Shown in pieces: positions 57,094 through 63,789 of a stretch of DNA of 63,789 nucleotides. The notes below the pieces were generated by a model. It did not search any database and was not told the DNA's origin. It was given only the letters and a program-made list of their open reading frames with translations. The DNA comes from Stylophora pistillata (Eukaryota): NCBI RefSeq assembly GCF_002571385.2, contig NW_019218109.1:216126-279914 (forward strand). The letters run 5' to 3'. Made by a program: the position numbers and the translations under genes. Each line of letters starts with the position of its first letter. Position 1 is the first letter of the stretch.

Positions 57094-57199
57094 TAGCCTA
57101 GACCAGAGTTATTATTAACTCTGGTCTAGGCTATTAACTCTATAGCCTAGAGTTAATAGCCTAGGCTATTAATTCTAGGCTATTAACTCTGCCTAGACA
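57094..57199. repeat. Nested inverted/tandem array of tagcctag / agagttaa / ttaactct modules
   Basis: tagcctagaccagagtta-ttat-taactctggtctaggcta perfect hairpin (57094-57133), followed by shuffled copies of its parts. Confidence 0.75.
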
Positions 57200-58096
57200 G
57201 GTAGAGGGACGATCAAGTATTTCCGCACTCGTGCATGGATATTGGTGTCACGCACCGCTATAAACAGCATGTGCATAACTTAACAGAACAGACACCCCTG
57301 TGAGCGAAAACTAGTTTGTTGCAGAAGTTTTTGGACGTAAGGAATACCGCCCTACTCCCTCGATTGACAGACAAAAAACTTGTAAGTACACAATCTGGAC
57401 ATAAAATTTTTCATTTTTGAAGCAGGTATGATGAAACCAGAGCTGAGCAAGATTCTGTCCCTTGATATACAGGACAATGAACCTTTCTTATAACTCAAGT
57501 TATGCATTCTTTACAGTCGTATAATAGTTTTATTCTTTTTTCAAACAAGGTAATAATTATAAGAATCTATGGAAAAAAACGTAGTAATTTTTTTGCAATC
57601 TGAGGCTTGCAACTCAAGTAAAAATCGGTGGCACGGAAGTATTTCAAGGCTCTCACAGATTCATGTCACCATTACAATTTTATATTTTATTTAACTAGCT
57701 CATTAAAAAATCATGACGGAGTGGAAGGCAAATTTACTGACACACGTGTATCTGCTTTTACTGAGCACCGTAACATCGATCGAGGGTAAACACAAAGCGA
57801 AAGTACTCGTGCTTGGAGCCGGTTTGTCTGGCGTGACCGCCGCTAAAACCCTACTAGACAATAACATCACAGATTTCTATGTGCTAGAGGGTCGAGAATA
57901 CATTGGTGGGAGAATTCACGCCATCCAATTTGAAGGTCTAACCGTTGAGACCGGAGCAAACTGGCTTCATTTTCTGGACGACGAAGACTCGGCACCTCTA
58001 GTAAAAAGGAAGGAAGAAACAAGTATTGACGGTGTTTGATGTAATTATTCTGACATCATGATTAGGTTTGTTGAAACATTAATTATAAACTTACCT

Positions 58097-59119
58097 GGGG
58101 CCTGTTTCCTGTTTCTCGAAGGTCCCGGGAACTTAAGGTTACTTCCCACCTTCAAAGGCCTAAAAAATCATTTTGTCTTTTATTGGACTAGATTGAAGTT
58201 AGACATTTTACCTCACTTTTACAAAAAGAATAATTTATAGATCTCAAAGAGCGTCCGACTTATTTAGGAAAATGTATATTCAAATGAAAGTTATAAATCA
58301 GGAAGTGTCATAATTGTCATTGACGCTTGGACGTCCCGTCTTCCCATTGGTTCGCATGCAGCTTCAGGAGGCGAGATAATCTCCTGGTGTGGCGCTAGTT
58401 GTTTACAAACCTGTAGGAGCGAAAATCTCGCATTTGATTTTGAGAGATATACATTCACTTTGAGCGAATTTATGAGGTGTGTAGATTTGACCGATTTCGT
58501 GAAATTTCGCCAAAACATTACAGGGATAACGGCAAACAAAAGTGTGTCAGGAAATTTTGATATTTGAGATATATTTCACGTGGTGTCGCATATTTTACGC
58601 CACTCTAACTTTAGATGCGGATTAGACAGCTAATCAGAATATCAGAAAAGCCCAATACAAAATAGTTGTTTGTTGCCTTGTGAATAAGACTGTGCAGCCA
58701 TTTTGCTCGTGCTGCGGGATCCGATATCCGATATATTCAATAGAAGGACCCTCGGTCGTTTCACGCCTTGCCGGATCCTGACACTCCCCAAATGAAACTA
58801 TCGCCTAAATTGTACTTTTATTGTAAACTGCATTTATTAAGCTTTCTTTTGATGTATAGTCTGTCAGGATTTTCTTGAAACTAGCGCGCGTACGTGTGAA
58901 TTCTTTCCCGAAGAACACCCATGCACGAAGGTGGGAAGTAACCTTAACGGGCCCGTAAAGCTGTTCTGTTTTCATTCTAGGTGGGGGTTTCAAACGTTTT
59001 GAAAATTATACGATAAAACTAGCAGCCAAAGAAACAAAATGGCCTGGTTAGGGTGCCAGGACCTATTTCTTTATTGATTACTTTGATTTTAAAATATGGT
59101 TCCGGGTCTATTAAGTTAC

Positions 59120-59142
<23 letters not shown>
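58097..59142. mobile_element. MITE (ggggcctgttt...ctcgaaggtcccgg / ccgggactttcgagaaacgggcccc TIRs) interrupted by a younger element
   Basis: The terminal inverted repeats bracket the nested insertion at 58137-58943. Confidence 0.75.
58137..58943. mobile_element. 807-bp non-autonomous DNA transposon, perfect 17-bp TIRs, TTAA target-site duplication, GG...CC termini (Kolobok-like)
   Basis: TTAA|GGTTACTTCCCACCTTC ... GAAGGTGGGAAGTAACC|TTAA. Confidence 0.85.
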
Positions 59143-59150
<8 letters not shown>

Positions 59151-59254
59151 AGTGCATGGATTAAAAACGTTTTATTCGTTGTCAGGGTTCTTCACTTTAA
59201 TAACCATTTCTCGTGAGGGAGAGAATGGGGATGCAATTGAGGTCAACGTATTGT

Positions 59255-59399
59255 ACAGGCCCCGGTTGTTCGAAGGATGGATAACGCTATACACTGGATA
59301 AACCTCTATCCGGTGGATAGCGCAGTACGTTTTGGTAACACTTATCCGCTGGATAGCGATTTATCCGTTCGATAGCGCTATCCGCCCTTTGAACAACCG
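59255..59399. mobile_element. MITE with cggttgttc...gaacaaccg termini and internal ggatagcg/tatcc repeats
   Basis: Inverted termini and repeated tatcc.gtggatagcg units. A remnant of the same family flanks 9553-9849 (..cctttgaacaactggg). Confidence 0.7.
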
Positions 59400-60699
59400 T
59401 AGCGAGGAGTATAAAACAAAATTACCCTGCATATGACAAGTTAGTTTGCCGCCAGAGTAGCCGCAACAAAGATCGTCCAACTGGAATCTCCGTTACTATG
59501 AGGCCCAGAGTGATCGTTAGGCGCTTATATCACTCACACTGTATATAGCTTTTCTTTTGAAGCGTACACATTACAAAAAAAAAAAAAAAAGACATGAAAA
59601 CAGTTCTTTTATTTTATTGGAAATTCTTTTGAACTGAACAAGGGAAACTTGGTTTGATTTCTTACTCTACTACAGAGACGAGAGCGGCCGAGACGTCACA
59701 GACTGGCAAGTTGTGCGCAGATTTGACGATGAAATTGAAAAAAAAAATAGAACATTTCCAGAAGATCAGAAAAGTTAACAACCTACCTGACATTCCAGCT
59801 CGGGTTGGCCTACAGCTAATGGGATGGAAAAGCCGTCAACCGATTGAAAAAGTGCTTGAGTACTCGAGACTTGACTTTGAGCATGCGAGACCACCTGAAT
59901 TAGTTTCATTTTATCAGCTTCTCAGTCGAGGAAACGACTTCTTTGTTTCAGACTCAAAAGGATTATGGTCTCTGTATGAAGATCTATACAAACCTTTAGA
60001 AAAACATATCTTACTCTGGGAAACTGTTGAAAAGATATCTTACACTAATGACTCGGTGGAGGTTCAAACAAAAAGTAACAAAACTTTTGTGGCCGACTAT
60101 GTTCTTTGCACATTCAGCTCTAGAGTCTTAGCTAGTGACGCTCTGACTTTTGACCCTCCCCTCCCAGAGTGGAAGCAAGAAGCAATTTATAAAAACCCTA
60201 TGTCTGTGTACACGAAGATTTTTTTGAAGTTTCCAAGAAAATTCTGGGATGATCATGAATACATTTTACACGCTTCTAAAAGGCGCGGATACTTCCCAAT
60301 ACTCCAGGATTTGGAAAGACCGGGAATGTTGCCAAATGGGAGTGGAATTTTACTGATTACTGTAACTGGAGATGAAGGAAGGAGGATTGAGGAAAAAACA
60401 GACGAGGAAACAAAGGCTGAGGTCATGACTACATTGAAAAAGGTTTATGGAGAAAAAATTCCGAATCCATCAGGTATGTAGATATGTCAGATTTATTTCA
60501 AATCTGAGGACAAAAAAACATATAGATTTAAGTGAGTAGGCACTTTTTTTAAGGAAGGTTTTTAGTTATGTCACCTTAGACTTGAACGCTATGAGTAGAG
60601 CATTGGAAAGCATTACCAATATCGAAGGGGAGGTAAAACAAAGTTTTGCTCGCTCTCTTTCCCTCACTCCTTCTCTCTCCCCCTCTCTGTCTCCAGTCC

Positions 60700-60702
60700 C
60701 TC

Positions 60703-60735
<33 letters not shown>

Positions 60736-60737
60736 GT
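60700..60737. repeat. (CTGT)n microsatellite
   Basis: Seen directly. Confidence 0.9.
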
Positions 60738-63036
60738 CCCCTTCTCAAGTAAGCTGAATTGTTGTATTAGCTCAGTTGCTACTTTCGTCCATTCAATCGT
60801 CAAACTGTATTTTGTTTTCTGTTTTGTTTTGTCAGCAATATTCTATAATCGTTGGTCTCAAGATAAGTTCACACAAGGTTCGTATAGTGAGCCAGTGGTT
60901 GGCACAACCTCACACGATTTCATTAACCTCGGGAGAAGACTGGGTCGGCTATATTTCGCGGGAGAAGCGACGAGTGAGGAATGGCACGGGTATATGCAAG
61001 GGGCTTACCTGAGTGGTAAGGAGAAAGCTCAAATTATCGCTGATACCGTCAATGGCGTGACTGTTCAGACGAATAACGTGCTCGATGATTATGCAGTTGT
61101 TCATGAGGAACTTTAATAGTAAACATAGCCACGATGCACTTCAAATAGTTCTAGGCCTATCATTTAACTTGTCTCTTTAAAACTGCGCTTTGAAAAATTG
61201 AACAATAAATAAATACCATCCAGGCCAAGAGTCATTAGAAATTCGAAAGAAATAGGAGTGGAAGGGGTCAAAAAACAAAATTTCTCAGGGAAGTATGGAG
61301 CATATTTTTCTTCTACATCTTTAAGGTACATACGTGTTTCTCGGTACTGATTAAGATAAATAAGTACATATATGACCATTAAAGCTATGACGGCACACGA
61401 AGAATCCTGTGACAAAGCTGCCCATTGCCGGGACTTAAGCTTTATTCAACCATTGTTTCCTTAAGCCGATACAAAGCTTCCGTCTGATTGAATAACACCG
61501 GCAATGAGTGCAGCTTCCGTTAATTGTTTCGCTTCTTTGGCAGAATTTTCAGGGTGGAGAAGTTGGCCGATTAAGACGAATATTTTCAGCATGGTTTTGT
61601 GATCTTTAATGATTTCAACGACTTTTCCGGAAATATCTGGACTCGCATTATACTAGTGATAAATTTTCTCTGGTATGCTAATAAAGACAGGAAAAAAAAT
61701 TCTTTTTCCGTGTGAAATGCGCCGGAGTATTGAAGAATTCTTTTGACAGTTATTTCATGCTTTTGAAAACCGAAAGTGAAAGAAAGGTTGGATAAACTAG
61801 TCTGTTGTGGGCGTGTTACTTACTAGCTCCAACGGGAGCGTGCTTTCCCACAGGACGCCAGGCAAGCCATTCTCTGTTGGCGTTGTCGGTCACTTGCTAT
61901 ACAGCTAGACACTCTCTGTGACGAAAAAAAACCGCAAGGGCTAAATTGCTTTCCGACGAATAAAGCATTGAAATTACTGATTATTTGCACACCCCCTTCG
62001 AAAATGTTTGACCTTTTGGAGGGGGTTATCATACAAACGGAACTGGTAATTTTTATGACGTCATGAAAAATGAACGAATGCTGTTTCGCATAATTTTCGG
62101 TTCCATTGTCGTGAGAAGTCGTGTATTTCCGAAAGTGAAGTTTTCCACATTCCTTCGCAGATTTACTTTCACCGCGAATTTTGAAGAACTTGTCCAACGA
62201 CAATATTTATTCTTCCGGCTTCAAAAATTCAAGGTACTGGTCTATTTCCCTTGAATGATTTGTTTGCGCACTGTAAACTCACTTTGAATGTTATCAGGAC
62301 ATTTTGATTCCACTTAGAGTTGAGATTATAAGATCGATCACTCACGCTCTGTTTGGCCGGTCACTCGCAGTCAATCATGATATTTGATACATGATATTGG
62401 TCACGACGTCTTCCTTTGAGAGACTGTGATTCCTATCGATTTAGGGACAAGTTAAGGACTCTGTGCACAGCAAACACTTGGAAAGTGTTTGTGCCTCCCA
62501 CTGCAGCGTAAACGTAGAGTTTTTTTACGTTCCTCGATGGACGTTTTGTTTTGGATCGTCAAGAAACAGCTGGCATAGTACAGGACGCTGCTGAAATCCA
62601 AACAAACCAGCGATGGATCACGAACGATTGGACACGGATCAGTCAAGATTATCAAGGTTTGATAACTAGTGCTGAACTCTTTGATCATGAATGAAAAGAA
62701 AGCGGAACAATTAGAGGCTTTTGTAAGAATTGTTAGCCTTCAGCTGGTTTAAGGTTCTAAAATGCCATTGCAATGATATCAGCTGATTAGCACAGCAAAG
62801 GATATCGTTGTAATGATAATGGGCAGTTATTGTGCGCTGTCAACATGTTTATTGTACTTTTATCCCTTTTAATTTTGAACAGAGAAATTAAATAATTACA
62901 ATGAAGGCTTCAGCTGAAACGTGAGGTATTACTTTTCTCTCAGTTACCCTCCCAGCGAAGCCGAAGCTCTAAATCTTGGTCCAAGACGTCCCGAACCAGT
63001 TGTTTCTTAAACCCCTACTTTCACTAATCGGCCAAA

Positions 63037-63625
63037 ATGTATAATCGTAGAAGGTCTGATTTATTGAACTTTGATGTAGAAGACTAGAAGACTTAAATTT
63101 ATATTTTACAAGTCGGTGGAAAAGTCAGTATACTTTCAATTTTTGTTGGCTGTTTATTTTAAGTGCATGCATGACATAATTTCATTTTCCAGTAGTTTTT
63201 TTTTCCAAGTGATCTAGCGACTATTGACAAATAAGCATTTTAATGAATTTTTTCCATATCACTTTCTTACGTGATCATTAAAAAGTGAAAAATTTTATTT
63301 TGCTGGTATTTGCCCATAATTTAATGTTAATTAATTAAATCTTTTCTTGACTTTTTTTTGCAGGAATCTTGAACAGTTTATAGCTGTGTGGGACTTTGAA
63401 CCATCAAAAAAAGATGAAATTGCTTTGTCTAAGGTAAATTACTTGTTACCCTCCTTTAACATTCTATGTAACAAATGAATTTCCATGTTGCCATGCTTCT
63501 GATCACAGATGACTTTACTATGATGAATAATAATTCATTATATTTTACTTAAGGGGGATATTGTTTTTGTGGTGAAGAAGTATCAAGATGGCTGGTACCG
63601 CGGCATCCGTTACAGAGGTTATCAG
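63037..63625 (+). CDS. N-terminal exons of an SH3-domain protein (continues beyond the window)
   Basis: Exons 63037-63053 (tentative), 63364-63433, 63554-63625: MYNRRRNLEQFIAVWDFEPSKKDEIALSKGDIVFVVKKYQDGWYRGIRYRGYQ, matching the SH3 consensus (A.WDF....DE..L.KGD.V.V.....GWY.G). Confidence 0.85.
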
Positions 63626-63789
63626 GTATTGCTCACAAACATGTCTTAGCATATTCTCCTATATCTACTTACTGTTATACACATAGGTGATGTACATGTC
63701 ACTGAACAGCACTATTGCTTGCATCTAGTTAATGAAATTGTAGGACTTTTAATCCTGTTAATGGAAATAAAATGAACAAGTTTTAAATG

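Larger units (their letters stand above)
57713..61116 (+). pseudogene. Flavin-containing polyamine oxidase (plant-PAO-like) with signal peptide and C-terminal HEEL; disrupted as assembled (in-frame TGA plus +1 frameshift)
   Basis: Exons 57713-58065, 59676-60473, 60836-61116. FAD-binding KVLVLGAGLSGVTAA...LEGREYIGGRI...VETGANW; YTKIFLKFPRKFW; WSQDKFTQGSYS; LYFAGEATSEEWHGYMQGAYLSG. TGA at 58037-58039 and an A10 run at 59738-59747 where A9 restores the frame. The product call is firm; pseudogene status is less certain. Confidence 0.75.

Noticed and set aside
61385-61440. SECIS element (ATGACGGCA...TGCCGGGAC) that would recode the PAO TGA as selenocysteine
   Set aside because: Only ~5 bp of helix II can form, the quartet register is off, and the gene has an independent frameshift.

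Overview
AT-rich, intron-rich animal genomic DNA. The SINE/MITE/hammerhead repeat families and gene style suggest a cnidarian, probably a stony coral (inference). Genes in order: IFT70/TTC30 (minus strand, ~26 small exons, 3' end outside the window); two tandem paralogous ER-targeted saposin-like (Canopy/MZB1-like) genes ending KTEL, one with an acidic tail and one with a basic tail; a two-exon G-protein gamma subunit gene (Ggamma13-like, CTIL) that is missing from the ORF track; protein disulfide isomerase (P4HB, KDEL, one GC-AG intron, ERSE-like promoter element) directly followed by RhoGDI, the ancient PDI-RhoGDI pair; a 1031-aa single-coding-exon TPR protein (TTC34-like) ending in a CaaX box; TMEM184B-like (minus strand); a signal-peptide/HEEL flavin polyamine oxidase disrupted by an in-frame TGA and a +1 frameshift; and the first exons of an SH3-domain gene. 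Introns and intergenic DNA carry 5'-truncated CR1/L2-type LINEs, tRNA-derived SINEs, many MITEs (some nested), long palindromes and a minimal hammerhead ribozyme motif. Exon boundaries were assembled by hand from GT/AG sites and reading-frame continuity. No database search was run.
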